From a virus: a DNA stretch of 64,000 nucleotides. Within the stretch, counting starts at the first letter, position 1; every line of letters begins with the position of its first letter. This document shows positions 17,931 to 27,935 of this stretch, piece after piece. The notes beneath the pieces are model-generated. The model had not been told where the DNA came from. It searched no databases and saw only the letters and a list, made by a program, of their open reading frames with translations. The position numbers and the translations under genes are program-made. The stretch lies in the IMG/VR virus record IMGVR_UViG_3300042891_001180. One strand, 5' to 3'.

Positions 17931-19432
17931 AGGGTGACATAGCCCCAATATACTGTTTGAGATGATCCACTAGAATTGTTAATACCAAAGTCAAATCTAT
18001 TGGTAGTTGCACTGGGAGCAACACTGCTGCGAACTATGGTGTTGGCAGTGCCTATAAATTGATTGGGTATGCTGGTAAAGTCAATTGGCGACCCACCGCC
18101 GTTGTAGACCCAGGCATACTGAACACCCACAACAGGCACATTAGTGTTTGTAACTACCGCAGTAGCACTATATGCTATAATACCATTAGGTATATTACCT
18201 CTAACCCATATTTGATATGTGCCGCTGGCAGGAACTGTAATGCTGTAGGTATTTGTTCCAGTAGTCACAGTCCATGATCCTAATGTTGTTAAGGCAACTC
18301 CAGTCAGGCTAGAGCCGCTACCAACAAAAGTACCAGGAATAGTTAAGTTACCAGTATTATCAAATGTTGCAGTATACGAACCAGCAACTAAGGAGACATT
18401 TGCGCTTGTACCAACTACATTACCTGTGATAGAAATATTACCAACAAAATTAGATGCGATAACATTACCTGATACTGCTAAATTGCTTAAAGATGTATTG
18501 GTAATGGCAGCAATTGCCCTTGCATTAGTAAAGTATAAGTTAGTTAATTCTGCAACGTTAGCTGTCTTAAGATCGGCAACGTTTGCTTTTAGAGCAACGT
18601 TGGCATTGGTAGCATAACCTAATAATAACACGTTAGAATCACCGTAGGTTGAAGAACCCCCGGTGGCAGTAGAATTAATTCTACCATTGGCATCAATAGT
18701 AATACTTTGACCGGCGGTTAATGAGGCAACAGCTCTTGCATTAGTAAAATATAAATTATTTACCTCAGTAACGTTAGCTGTCGTTAATATACCTGTTTGA
18801 GAAATACCAGATGCTATTTGAACATTGGATACGTTTCCAGTAACACCAGCTACTGTAGATCCTGAACTACCTGTACTTGGTTCTCCTAGTTCAACCCATT
18901 GAAATGTATCCCCATCACCAAAGAATAGATACTCAACAGCAGTGTCTGCATGAATCCACAAATCACCTACATAGGGGTTAGTTGGAGCATTAGAGGAAAC
19001 AGTTACATTAGCGGCATTAATTGATATAACACCAGTAGCGCTATCGTAAGAACCCTTACCATTTACATTACCAGAGGCAATGGAGATGGATTCTCTTGCC
19101 CTAGCATTAGAAAAATATAGATTAGTTAATTCAGAAATATTAGCTGTAGTTAGTAACCCGGAAGAGGTAATACCGGAAGCCAATTGAATGTTAGATACAT
19201 TACCGGAGACCCCGGCAACGGTGAAAGCTGCGGCCACATTGGCGGCATTAAATGCTAAAGATGCAATAGTAGAGGCATTACCGGAACTGATAACAACAAT
19301 ATTACCGCTGTTATCCTTGGTATACAGTATCCTATCAACCAGGTTAAATACTGGTTCTCCAACCAAAACATTAGCGGCACCCGGAATTTGCCCAGATATA
19401 TAAGACCGTTTTAGTTGAATTTCTGTTGCCAT
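17927..19432 (-). CDS. Tail fibre-like structural protein
   Basis: N-terminal IQLKRS...GEP..N; repeated TANV.ELTNLYFTNARA; P.VGDLW module. Confidence 0.7.
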   Translation of the reverse strand: MATEIQLKRSYISGQIPGAANVLVGEPVFNLVDRILYTKDNSGNIVVISSGNASTIASLAFNAANVAAAFTVAGVSGNVSNIQLASGITSSGLLTTANISELTNLYFSNARARESISIASGNVNGKGSYDSATGVISINAANVTVSSNAPTNPYVGDLWIHADTAVEYLFFGDGDTFQWVELGEPSTGSSGSTVAGVTGNVSNVQIASGISQTGILTTANVTEVNNLYFTNARAVASLTAGQSITIDANGRINSTATGGSSTYGDSNVLLLGYATNANVALKANVADLKTANVAELTNLYFTNARAIAAITNTSLSNLAVSGNVIASNFVGNISITGNVVGTSANVSLVAGSYTATFDNTGNLTIPGTFVGSGSSLTGVALTTLGSWTVTTGTNTYSITVPASGTYQIWVRGNIPNGIIAYSATAVVTNTNVPVVGVQYAWVYNGGGSPIDFTSIPNQFIGTANTIVRSSVAPSATTNRFDFGINNSSGSSQTVYWGYVTL

Positions 19433-19932
19433 TATTTGCTAGACATCCCAGCCATTTCAGCTTTTAGTCTTCTTATTTCTTGCAATAAAGTTTCGTTTTG
19501 ATCTTTTAAAAAACTTGAACCACTATTAAACTTGCTCTCTAAGTCTGTGTTTTTATCTTGTAGAACCTGTATTTGCTCAACATATTTCTCTTCTAATACT
19601 CTTAAATTCTCACTGTTACTATTTTCAAGCGTTCTTATATTTTCATTGCATGTATTCTGTAATGATTCAACTAAACTTTTATAGGTAGAAATTTCTTCTT
19701 GAGCTTTATTAAGTTCTTTTTGACAATGTTCAAATTCTTTTTTCAAATCTTCAAACGCTGTAATGTTAAAATTCAAAGCGGGTAATTCTTCCACATATTT
19801 TTTATATGTGTCCTTCTCATCATTAGCCATTTGGAGTTGAGACTCAAGCACAATAATTTGTGCTTGAAAAGAATTTAACTTTTGATTTGTTTTATCTATT
19901 ATTACATTAAAAAACTTGCTTGGATCTTCCAT
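19432..19932 (-). CDS. Coiled-coil hypothetical protein
   Basis: Heptad-rich E/K/Q/N; start moved to ATG 19932 after GAGGTG. Confidence 0.7.
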   Translation of the reverse strand: MEDPSKFFNVIIDKTNQKLNSFQAQIIVLESQLQMANDEKDTYKKYVEELPALNFNITAFEDLKKEFEHCQKELNKAQEEISTYKSLVESLQNTCNENIRTLENSNSENLRVLEEKYVEQIQVLQDKNTDLESKFNSGSSFLKDQNETLLQEIRRLKAEMAGMSSK

Positions 19933-19962
19933 ACTCACCTCATAAAAGTACAATTAATAATA

Positions 19963-19970
19963 TATTTATA
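19963..19970 (-). promoter_or_regulatory. Late promoter
   Basis: TATAAATA. Confidence 0.7.
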
Positions 19971-19979
19971 ACAAGTTTT

Positions 19980-21353
19980 TTAGTATGTTCCGCCGTCTAT
20001 TCCACCGTATACGGGTGTACCATCGATACTTGCTTGTAATACTTGACCGTAGGTTCCAGCTGCAGTCACCTTCAAGGCACCTGTAGCATTACCAAACAAG
20101 ATACCGTTAGTAGTAAATGTACCACGTCCAGTTCCGCCATCTCCAACAGCGATATTAGCAGTCAAACCAGATACTGTTCCACCCGTTAAATTGGCAACTA
20201 ATGAGGCAATTGTATAGTCAGCAACAGAGACAACGTTACCTGTTGGGTTAGAAGTAAGATTATTAAATAATTTAAATATACCAGAATCAGAAGCATCTCG
20301 GAACAAACCGGCGTACTTGGTACCTGAATTAACGTATTCACCAAAGAAGCCAATGTCTAATGCATCTGATGGGTTAGAATTACCAAACTTAACCAGTGGA
20401 TCTTCAACTATTAAGGTTGCTGTACTTAAAGTAGTTGCATTACCGAGTACAATTAAATCCCCGTTAACAGTCAGAGTGTTACCAATTGTAACATCATTTG
20501 GCAAACCAATTGTAATAGCGCCGTTAGCTGAGCTAACTTCAACCTCGTTAGCAGTACCTGTTAGACTCGTAACACCGAGGTTGGTAACGGTAATCGTATT
20601 ATCTGTAACAGCAGTACTTATCCCCGTTCCACCGGTAACTCGAAGTGTATCCCCGCTGTTAAATGTGTCGGCGGTACCGGTATCAGCAGCTAAGTTAAAC
20701 GATGTAGATATGGCTGCATTAGCTGCAGATGTAATTCTACCGAATGTATCAACTGTAATTATAGGTATGTTAGTTGTTCCGCCATATGTTGAGGCAGATA
20801 CACCTGAGGTAGATAGGGCTACAGTGATGTTAGAGGACTCACCTGCTTGCCCTGTTAAAGTAATACCTGAACCGGATGTTAGATTAGCAACATAATCCCC
20901 AATTGTATCAGTACCTAAGGTAACAGAATTACTGATTACATTTGCAACAATGGTAACATCTGTTGTACCATCAAATAGTACATTACCTTCAAGATCACCA
21001 CTCAGATTAATTCGTCTGGCTGTAGTTAATTTTTGTGCAGAAGTAGCTGTAATATCACCAACAAAAGAATTGGCAGTAATAGTGTTTGCAGAAAAATTAC
21101 CTAGAGAATCACGAGCAACTAAAGTGCTTATAGTGTTAGCACTGGTTGCAGCATCTACCCTGGATGTATAGTATCTACCACCAATGGTATGAATTACTTC
21201 CCCGCCCCCGGAGTCTTGTACTTCAATATACAGTTTGGCGTTAGCGCCATTGTTACTTTTGTCGTAAGAATAGGCTAATTCCCCTTCCAGCAGATCTGCA
21301 GTGGTTGCTGCTGTTACGTTGGGGGAGCGTTTAATTTGAATAGTGGTTGCCAT
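19980..21353 (-). CDS. Tail fibre-like structural protein
   Basis: IQIKRS...L.EGELAY; shares the YGG..IP.ITVDTFGRITSA module; C-terminal IDGGTY. Confidence 0.7.
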   Translation of the reverse strand: MATTIQIKRSPNVTAATTADLLEGELAYSYDKSNNGANAKLYIEVQDSGGGEVIHTIGGRYYTSRVDAATSANTISTLVARDSLGNFSANTITANSFVGDITATSAQKLTTARRINLSGDLEGNVLFDGTTDVTIVANVISNSVTLGTDTIGDYVANLTSGSGITLTGQAGESSNITVALSTSGVSASTYGGTTNIPIITVDTFGRITSAANAAISTSFNLAADTGTADTFNSGDTLRVTGGTGISTAVTDNTITVTNLGVTSLTGTANEVEVSSANGAITIGLPNDVTIGNTLTVNGDLIVLGNATTLSTATLIVEDPLVKFGNSNPSDALDIGFFGEYVNSGTKYAGLFRDASDSGIFKLFNNLTSNPTGNVVSVADYTIASLVANLTGGTVSGLTANIAVGDGGTGRGTFTTNGILFGNATGALKVTAAGTYGQVLQASIDGTPVYGGIDGGTY

Positions 21354-21375
21354 GATGGTTCCTGGTTATTATTGT

Positions 21376-21612
21376 TTAGTAAATTCCACCATCAATTTCA
21401 AATGCTGCAACTGTTACAGGTTGAGCTACCCACTTATTAGTTGTTGTATCATAAATTAAAGTATACCCATCTTGTAGATCAGTGGTATTAACATTACTTA
21501 AAGATTGTAAAGTACCACCTGTTGATTTGTTAACTGTAATACTGCCGGTTGCTCTTGAACCTTGTGCAACAGAAATACCAGTATTAGTATTTTTTCTGAC
21601 TGTAATTGCCAT
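21376..21612 (-). CDS. Small structural protein
   Basis: LSNV...DG.TLIYD....KWV; ends IDGGIY. Confidence 0.7.
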   Translation of the reverse strand: MAITVRKNTNTGISVAQGSRATGSITVNKSTGGTLQSLSNVNTTDLQDGYTLIYDTTTNKWVAQPVTVAAFEIDGGIY

Positions 21613-21945
21613 TTATTTTGTAGCCTCAGGGTAAACAGTGACTATACCTTCAACAAGTCTTTCGACTGTTGCAACGTTAGAAACTAATTCAACATCATAT
21701 ACATACCTACCGGGTTTAAGGGCACTGGTTTGTGTAGAGGTTAAGTCCAAGGACACTGTACCATCGGCAGGACTAGCAATGTTGGCTGAAAAGGCAACAT
21801 TGGCATTTGTATAATATGACCTTCTCATCTGGGAACGAACGGTGTAGTTGGTCAAGTTCCTTGCCGAACCCGTATCATCAGTTACAGTAATAGTAATACT
21901 ATAAGTTGTACCTTGGTCGATTGCTAGGTTAGAGATAACAGCCAT
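21613..21945 (-). CDS. Conserved Ig-like virion protein
   Basis: NLAIDQGT...LTNYT..SQMR...LT..QT.AL..GRYVYDVE...RLVEG; start moved to 21945 after GAGG. Confidence 0.75.
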   Translation of the reverse strand: MAVISNLAIDQGTTYSITITVTDDTGSARNLTNYTVRSQMRRSYYTNANVAFSANIASPADGTVSLDLTSTQTSALKPGRYVYDVELVSNVATVERLVEGIVTVYPEATK

Positions 21946-21968
21946 TTTATTCCTCAATATTTATCGTA

Positions 21969-21976
21969 TATTTATA
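21969..21976 (-). promoter_or_regulatory. Late promoter
   Basis: TATAAATA directly after a terminator. Confidence 0.75.
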
Positions 21977-21979
21977 AAA

Positions 21980-21999
21980 AAAGGGCCCTAAGGCCCTTT
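21980..21999 (-). terminator. Rho-independent terminator
   Basis: AAAGGGCC-CTAA-GGCCCTTT followed by a T-run on the minus strand; nearly identical to the 6263 hairpin. Confidence 0.8.
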
Positions 22000-22016
22000 C
22001 TAAACAACGCTTAAAT

Positions 22017-22478
22017 TTAATTATAAGCGTTTAAGAAGTCCATTATTTCCGGAATAGCAGGCCACGTAGGATTAAATACATCACCAGTTGTAGTAATGTC
22101 TCTCAGTGCTTGTCGATATGTAGAAATAGTAGTCTTTTGCTCTTGGGTATAGGTCTCCCATCTGTCGATAACTACAGCTCTATCAGAAGCTGACAGTAAA
22201 ATATCGCGTTTTTCTCTCAAAAATATCAAACCCACCTCTACTGCTACAGGCATGACTCTATCTAGCTCTGCCTGAGTTACACCTTTGGCAAGAGCTGCTT
22301 CTTTTGACAAGAAGCCCTCGTTATGACCAGCCCAGTTCATGTCAGCAATAGTAGCTTCATCAACTAAAGATGTTGCGTTTAGACCCGATACATTACCCCA
22401 GCTATCTAGAATTTGCGTATATTCTATAGCCGTCAGATTTTGTAAGTTAATACGGTAATACCATTTTTTATTTTGCAT
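22017..22478 (-). CDS. Tail fibre assembly chaperone-like protein
   Basis: LREKRDILLSASD...YRQALRDIT...WP. Confidence 0.75.
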   Translation of the reverse strand: MQNKKWYYRINLQNLTAIEYTQILDSWGNVSGLNATSLVDEATIADMNWAGHNEGFLSKEAALAKGVTQAELDRVMPVAVEVGLIFLREKRDILLSASDRAVVIDRWETYTQEQKTTISTYRQALRDITTTGDVFNPTWPAIPEIMDFLNAYN

Positions 22479-22486
22479 AAATGCTC

Positions 22487-23209
22487 CTATTTTCTTGGTT
22501 CTCTAAGCTCGCTATTATAAACACTATGTCTAGCGCATTGTTTAGCTTCTAATTTTTTATTTTTATTAATTTCATTTACAGTTGACACTCTTACTTTAAC
22601 AGATCTTGGAATATTTTTTCTTTTAAAAGGTATTACTGTTACCAAGGGTGTCCCGGCCTCTAATGTTCCATCAAAATCTTTAATATGCCACATTGCGGGG
22701 AAGTTTATTGTCTGATCAAATACATCCGTGTCAACAACTCCAGATAAGCACGTGAATCTAGGATCAAAGTGATTAATCGGGGGAATAATTAAAACAGAAT
22801 AACCAGGCGCAGTCTTAATGAACCATCTATTTATAAACTTTAAAGGCATGGTAGGTGATCCAGGGTAATTATTACCTACCTGTGCAATATGGTGGGTTTG
22901 AATTGCAGGTATCGGTATTTCAGGTATATCTAATAATTTACCATCCTTACTTACTCTTAAATTAATAGTACCAGATAACGGGATTATATAACCTAAAGAC
23001 ATAGCATCTAATAAAGGTAAACATTTTTTAGCTGTAGTCATCTTGCGGCCCCAAGTATCTCTCGGGACACTTGGATCTTCAATATGCTGAGGTAGTCTTT
23101 TAAACCAATCAGGTATATCTTTATATGCAGGAATCGGCTCTGGTATTACTCCAAAAAATTCTGGTTTACAATGAAACTCAATAATATCATCTTTAAAAAA
23201 AATACTCAT
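22487..23209 (-). CDS. Conserved phage protein (DUF6065/dUTPase-like fold)
   Basis: IPDWFK, KKC.P.LDAM..GY, TAPGYS, GVVDTD, GTPLV.VIPFKR; ATGA coupling to the oxygenase. Confidence 0.6.
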   Translation of the reverse strand: MSIFFKDDIIEFHCKPEFFGVIPEPIPAYKDIPDWFKRLPQHIEDPSVPRDTWGRKMTTAKKCLPLLDAMSLGYIIPLSGTINLRVSKDGKLLDIPEIPIPAIQTHHIAQVGNNYPGSPTMPLKFINRWFIKTAPGYSVLIIPPINHFDPRFTCLSGVVDTDVFDQTINFPAMWHIKDFDGTLEAGTPLVTVIPFKRKNIPRSVKVRVSTVNEINKNKKLEAKQCARHSVYNSELREPRK

Positions 23210-23805
23210 TTTAGTTTTGGCCCATTTACCCATGTAACAAGAGTCTTTCTTTCTCCTGCAGTCACATTTGTTACAGTGTGAGGTATATGAGAATAAAATA
23301 ATAACATGTCTCCACGTTCTAATTCATACTCAACGTGCGTATCCGGGTTACCGCTAAAATTAAATAGAAGATTACCACCTTCATATTCTTCCTGTTTAGA
23401 AAGCATTACAATTATAGAGAGCTTTCTAACATAACCCTCTTCGTTAAGTTTATTTGTAGAATCAATGTGCCATTTATAATGACTACTTTCTTCCGATTTA
23501 TACTTAGAAAATTGAATACCATCAAAATTAATTAGATCTAGTTGAAACTTATCATAGTTTATTTTTGCAACTATTTCATTAATTTTTTTAAAGAGCCATA
23601 TATTGTCTTCATCAGGTTGTATCCATGTTACGTTGACGTCTCTAATATCAAGATCTTTAGACTCTTCATCCGCAGATCCAATAACACCCTTAGTAAATTC
23701 TGCATACTCCCCTATAGTATCAATAGTTTGCAAGTCCTCTTCATTAAAAGCTCCACGCCACAATACTGCTTGCTCAATATCCGAAACATATTTAAAAATC
23801 TTCAT
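23206..23805 (-). CDS. 2OG-Fe(II) oxygenase (PKHD/prolyl-4-hydroxylase-like)
   Basis: HYKWHID (HxD), RKLS, YEGG, PHTVTNVTAGERKTLVTW. Confidence 0.9.
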   Translation of the reverse strand: MKIFKYVSDIEQAVLWRGAFNEEDLQTIDTIGEYAEFTKGVIGSADEESKDLDIRDVNVTWIQPDEDNIWLFKKINEIVAKINYDKFQLDLINFDGIQFSKYKSEESSHYKWHIDSTNKLNEEGYVRKLSIIVMLSKQEEYEGGNLLFNFSGNPDTHVEYELERGDMLLFYSHIPHTVTNVTAGERKTLVTWVNGPKLK

Positions 23806-23835
23806 TTCATATCACTTTCTTTAATTTAAAAATTA

Positions 23836-24402
23836 TTAATAATTACCAGTTATATTATCAACAGTCACATATCCCCCTGTAGGAACCGTTATGCTTAAAG
23901 TTGTGGAACTTTCATATTTTAGTGAGGATGCTGTCTGACCAATTACAGGGGCCGATGAACCTGCGTTCCCACCTGGAAAAGTAATACCTCCAATTGTAGC
24001 TGAGGAGCCAGCATTACCAGGCGTGGCAGGATTAAAATATTGTTGACCCGGTGTAAAACTAGAAGATTGATAATTATAGTAACAAGTATAAGCTGCTGGT
24101 TCATAACCGCTGTAAGTTACATAATTACCTCCACCCCCTGGAAAGTTTCCAGCAAATTGAAAATAATAATTGCCGAAATATCGATACACGCAATGCACTG
24201 TATAGTAAGAAGTAGTTAGTCCTGGATTAGAGTATGAAAAGTTACCCGGGGTAGTAGGATTACCTGACGCACCTCTACCACCAATACGAACAACAGTCTT
24301 TCCGTAAGGTAATGTATAGGTACCGGGAGAGTTAAACGTAGTGGATGTTGTAACCCCTACATTGGTCTTCTCTTTTAAAAGATTTGAGCCAAATCGTGCC
24401 AT
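23836..24402 (-). CDS. Gly-rich putative adhesin / fibre tip with Tyr-rich central loop
   Basis: TFNSPGTY, GRGASGNP, FPGG; position in fibre operon. Confidence 0.55.
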   Translation of the reverse strand: MARFGSNLLKEKTNVGVTTSTTFNSPGTYTLPYGKTVVRIGGRGASGNPTTPGNFSYSNPGLTTSYYTVHCVYRYFGNYYFQFAGNFPGGGGNYVTYSGYEPAAYTCYYNYQSSSFTPGQQYFNPATPGNAGSSATIGGITFPGGNAGSSAPVIGQTASSLKYESSTTLSITVPTGGYVTVDNITGNY

Positions 24403-24414
24403 ACTAAACTCCTA

Positions 24415-24798
24415 TTAACTTGCATTAATAATAGCAAGAGACCCGTAGTACGTGCTATTATCATAATAAAAAGACCACACATCTACGGCACCGCTTGCTG
24501 TAGTTCTAGGGGGTAATGTCCCCCCTGCATATTTAATTGTATTGCCAAATGCAATGGAATAACCAGCACCTGAATTTGTGGTAATCATGACCCAGGATTG
24601 ACCTTGCTGCGGGTTAGAAAAGGTAATGGTTGTACTTGCCCCCACTGCTACTCTGTAAATACTTGCGTCATCAGCAGAAAGATCTATTGATGTTGAACTC
24701 CCGCTGACCGTTACAGCTCGGGCAGCATCACAAAACTTTGTATTTGTAATTAATCGAGCATTTGTAATTACTGTTGTACCTGCGACTTGAATTGCCAT
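24415..24798 (-). CDS. Fibre-associated small structural protein
   Basis: MAIQVAGTTVI; TITFSNP..G...IKYAGGT.P..T...AVDV..F. Confidence 0.65.
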   Translation of the reverse strand: MAIQVAGTTVITNARLITNTKFCDAARAVTVSGSSTSIDLSADDASIYRVAVGASTTITFSNPQQGQSWVMITTNSGAGYSIAFGNTIKYAGGTLPPRTTASGAVDVWSFYYDNSTYYGSLAIINAS

Positions 24799-24845
24799 CT
24801 TCGTTCTCCTTTTTTTTTATGAACTCGGCATAGTATAATTATATA

Positions 24846-25790
24846 CTATTTATTTGTTTTAATCTCTTGTATTTCTCGTTTTAGGTCTTTAATTGCTTCA
24901 ATTAAGAACGCAGTAAGATTCATATAATTAATACCTTTAGTACCGTCAGGTCTATTTTTGACGATTTCAGGTATTACTTTTTCAACTTCTTGTGCAGATA
25001 AGCCGTAGGCTTTCTCTTTACTATCTTTCCAGGTAAATCCAAATCCAGTTAATTGGTTAATAATATCTAGTGGGTTTTGAATAGATGTAAAGTCTTGCTT
25101 TAGCGTTATATCCGAGGACGAATTATAATCTGTGGAAGTTAAAAGCCCTGTATTTGGATTAAATGTTAATTTAGTGGTAGATATACTCGCACCGGAGGCA
25201 GAGCCTGAAGTAAGGGAAGTAAATGTAGGATAAAACGTACTATTAGTTGTTGTATCATCACTAATCGTTAGTCCAGATATCACTGATATATTTGAAGCTG
25301 ATGTTATTCTACCGTAAGTATCGATAGTAATGATAGGGATAGCCGTACCCCCACCATATGTTGTAGGAGTAACACCTGATGATGCGTTACTTCCGAGCAA
25401 TGTTGCTTGCCCGGATCCCAATCCAGTAATACCAGTTGAAAGAGGCAGGCCTGTAGCGTTTGTTAAGACTATAGCAGACGGTGTACCAAGAGCGGGAGTT
25501 GTAAGGGTCGGAGAGGTTGAAAATACTAAATTACCTGTACCTGTCTCATTAGAAATAACGGAGGCAAGTTGAGCTGAAGTAGTTGAACCAAACTGACTTA
25601 AATTGCCTGCTTTAATCTCATTAACAGCATTGACAACGTTAGCCTGGGTAATAGTTGTTAAGTTAGTTAAAACACCAATATTAGCGTTTACAACATCTCC
25701 AAACGTGTTTAAATTAGAGAAGTTATTATCTACTTCTATATTTGTTAACGGCGTACCTTTGACCGTTCTTAAAACCAGTGTTGCTGCCAT
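24846..25790 (-). CDS. Short tail fibre with peptidase S74 chaperone
   Basis: KGTPLT..EVD.NF baseplate-attachment N-terminus; SSD..LK...GLSAQEVE...LIEAIKDL. Confidence 0.8.
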   Translation of the reverse strand: MAATLVLRTVKGTPLTNIEVDNNFSNLNTFGDVVNANIGVLTNLTTITQANVVNAVNEIKAGNLSQFGSTTSAQLASVISNETGTGNLVFSTSPTLTTPALGTPSAIVLTNATGLPLSTGITGLGSGQATLLGSNASSGVTPTTYGGGTAIPIITIDTYGRITSASNISVISGLTISDDTTTNSTFYPTFTSLTSGSASGASISTTKLTFNPNTGLLTSTDYNSSSDITLKQDFTSIQNPLDIINQLTGFGFTWKDSKEKAYGLSAQEVEKVIPEIVKNRPDGTKGINYMNLTAFLIEAIKDLKREIQEIKTNK

Positions 25791-25828
25791 TTAATTTACC
25801 TTGCTGTATTCGTTTGAATATTTATTGT

Positions 25829-26074
25829 TTATTTATCTGTCTTAGTTTGACTGATTAAAATACGAAGCATATCTTTAAGTTCATCAAGTTCTTGCTTCAT
25901 ATTTAACATCTCTTTTTCAAGACCTTCGGTAGAAGTAGCAGTCTTTTGAGCCAGAGTTCTCTGGTTAATGTAGTTCTGTCTTGATGTTTGATCTACTACT
26001 AAAATAGCCTTTGAGTTAGGGTCTCTATAAAGTGTAGGGTGATCTCTCACCTTTAATACCTGGTTGTTAATCAT
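25829..26074 (-). CDS. Conserved small protein downstream of the VrlC-like gene
   Basis: KV.DHP.LYRD..SKAI plus C-terminal coiled coil. Confidence 0.75.
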   Translation of the reverse strand: MINNQVLKVRDHPTLYRDPNSKAILVVDQTSRQNYINQRTLAQKTATSTEGLEKEMLNMKQELDELKDMLRILISQTKTDK

Positions 26075-27906
26075 TCTAGGGCAATAATTCTAAGGTCTTT
26101 TACCTTGGGGTACGCTGCAATACTGGTAGACTTAAGTACTATTTTAATTACAAATGCACTGAAGGAGGCTAAACTATCTACAAACTTTTCAATATCTACA
26201 AACTGACCATCAACAGTATTTTTAATTGTACCAAGATCTAATTGGGTATATTCTTTGGTATCGAATCCAGATGCCTCATTACCATTTTGAAGTTTAAAAT
26301 AGACTTCAATATCGGCGCCTGCCGGTTTAGATACTGCCAATCTTACAAGTAAGCTGGTGGCGGGAGTGGCAAGTTCAATTTTTCTGGTCACATAATTTGC
26401 ACGAGTACTACTTCCCGAAGCTGCTTCATCAGATACAAACATCGGTCTGTATACAATACTGGTTACGTTGCCAGAAGGAACAGCATTAGAGACTGGTATA
26501 CTAAAAGATGAACCTTCATTAGAGACCGCTGTCAACCTAAATGTACCGTTATTGGTAACCGCACCAGAAGTTGTGATAGTAACAAAGGCCCCGGGCACCA
26601 TGGTTTTTACGTTTGCTTTTTCTAATGCACCGCCTATAGTTACATTACCTGCACCATTAAATGAAATAAGGGTATTAGCATTAGCAATAGTAATTAAATC
26701 TGTACTTAAGTTATCAGCAGTAGAAGGAGAATTAATATCAGGTGTTATAAACAATGCACTGGAGAAAGGAAGATCAACTGCGGGGGATACAAAACCATCG
26801 CTGGTCTTTAATTCTAACCTGTAAATAAAACTCTCCGCTCCTGCCATAGAAATAGAAGCGTTTTGATTATCTACTAATAATCTTTCAGTATTAAAATAAA
26901 TAGTATCTGGATTAAAAGATTCAAAATTACTAACCGTAAAAGACGTATCAGTAGTTTTTAATTTATGGTTTATAGTAGTTCTTGGTGGTGTAGAGGTACT
27001 AATTGCTGGATAGATAGCAGAAAATTTACGAGGAGTAGTAGCTGTAATACCGCTACCTCCAAATCTACCACTTGTTATATTACCAGTAATAAAAGAGTTA
27101 GCTGCTGTAGCAACTGTATAACCATTAGCAACCACATTACTTACCGATAGATACGTATTTGCTAGTAAAAGAGTAGGTATGTTGCTAATAGATACTGTAT
27201 TGCCTGATGTATTAGCTTCATACGCAAAATGTCCAGGTATACCATCGTACTTAACAACCGAACCATTTGTAAACCCGTGGTTTTTATGATATACTCTTAA
27301 AATGGATTGACCATTAAACGCTTGAAAGGGATTATTTTCAAGCAAAGCCAAAGTAGGCTGCTTAAGAGAATTTTTAGAAACAATTAAATCAACAGTAGCT
27401 ACCTGGGAGGTAACGTTGGCGCGGTATATTTTAAACTTTACATCACGAGTCTGGTCTTCTGTCCAATTAACACCATTGGTAGACATAAGCATAACCCCAG
27501 AATAGGGTTGTTTAAAGATAATTGAACCAGTAGCATTATCTTCTCCCCCTATTTGTCCAACATATACCTTGTGTTTTTTGCTATCAGAGGATAAAGCAAA
27601 ACAGTATTGTCCAGACTCTAAATTTATAGGTACAGGAAATGTAAAACTAGTAGCTACAGCTGCATTTGCAGACGTGTTAATATTATCTGAATCAACTACA
27701 ACTATTGAGTTAGGTAGGATAGATGAACTGGGAATACCATTTTCAAGTTTTCTAACAGAAAGTTCTACAGGTAGTTTATCATGTTTATCACTAAAAAATA
27801 AATCAATTTTAGTTAGAAGTAAGTTTCTGTCGACAAAAAAGGATTGAGCAAGTGTGTCTGAGTAACCACTTAACCCTGTTCCCCCGTCTGCATTTAGACT
27901 AGGCAT
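26071..27906 (-). CDS. VrlC/DUF4815-like structural protein, C-terminal part
   Basis: LAQSFFV, IDLFF, F.FP.PI.L, W..DQ..D.KF.IYRA, YVTRKI.L, P.VKDLR.IAL. Confidence 0.75.
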   Translation of the reverse strand: MPSLNADGGTGLSGYSDTLAQSFFVDRNLLLTKIDLFFSDKHDKLPVELSVRKLENGIPSSSILPNSIVVVDSDNINTSANAAVATSFTFPVPINLESGQYCFALSSDSKKHKVYVGQIGGEDNATGSIIFKQPYSGVMLMSTNGVNWTEDQTRDVKFKIYRANVTSQVATVDLIVSKNSLKQPTLALLENNPFQAFNGQSILRVYHKNHGFTNGSVVKYDGIPGHFAYEANTSGNTVSISNIPTLLLANTYLSVSNVVANGYTVATAANSFITGNITSGRFGGSGITATTPRKFSAIYPAISTSTPPRTTINHKLKTTDTSFTVSNFESFNPDTIYFNTERLLVDNQNASISMAGAESFIYRLELKTSDGFVSPAVDLPFSSALFITPDINSPSTADNLSTDLITIANANTLISFNGAGNVTIGGALEKANVKTMVPGAFVTITTSGAVTNNGTFRLTAVSNEGSSFSIPVSNAVPSGNVTSIVYRPMFVSDEAASGSSTRANYVTRKIELATPATSLLVRLAVSKPAGADIEVYFKLQNGNEASGFDTKEYTQLDLGTIKNTVDGQFVDIEKFVDSLASFSAFVIKIVLKSTSIAAYPKVKDLRIIALE

Positions 27907-27935
27907 TTATTTTCCTTGATATACATTTTATTAAA

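Noticed and set aside
10163-21171. Long plus-strand ORFs such as 10163-10717, 14543-15484 and 20317-20895
   Set aside because: Antisense shadows of Thr/Gly/Ala-rich fibre genes with no recognisable motifs or RBS
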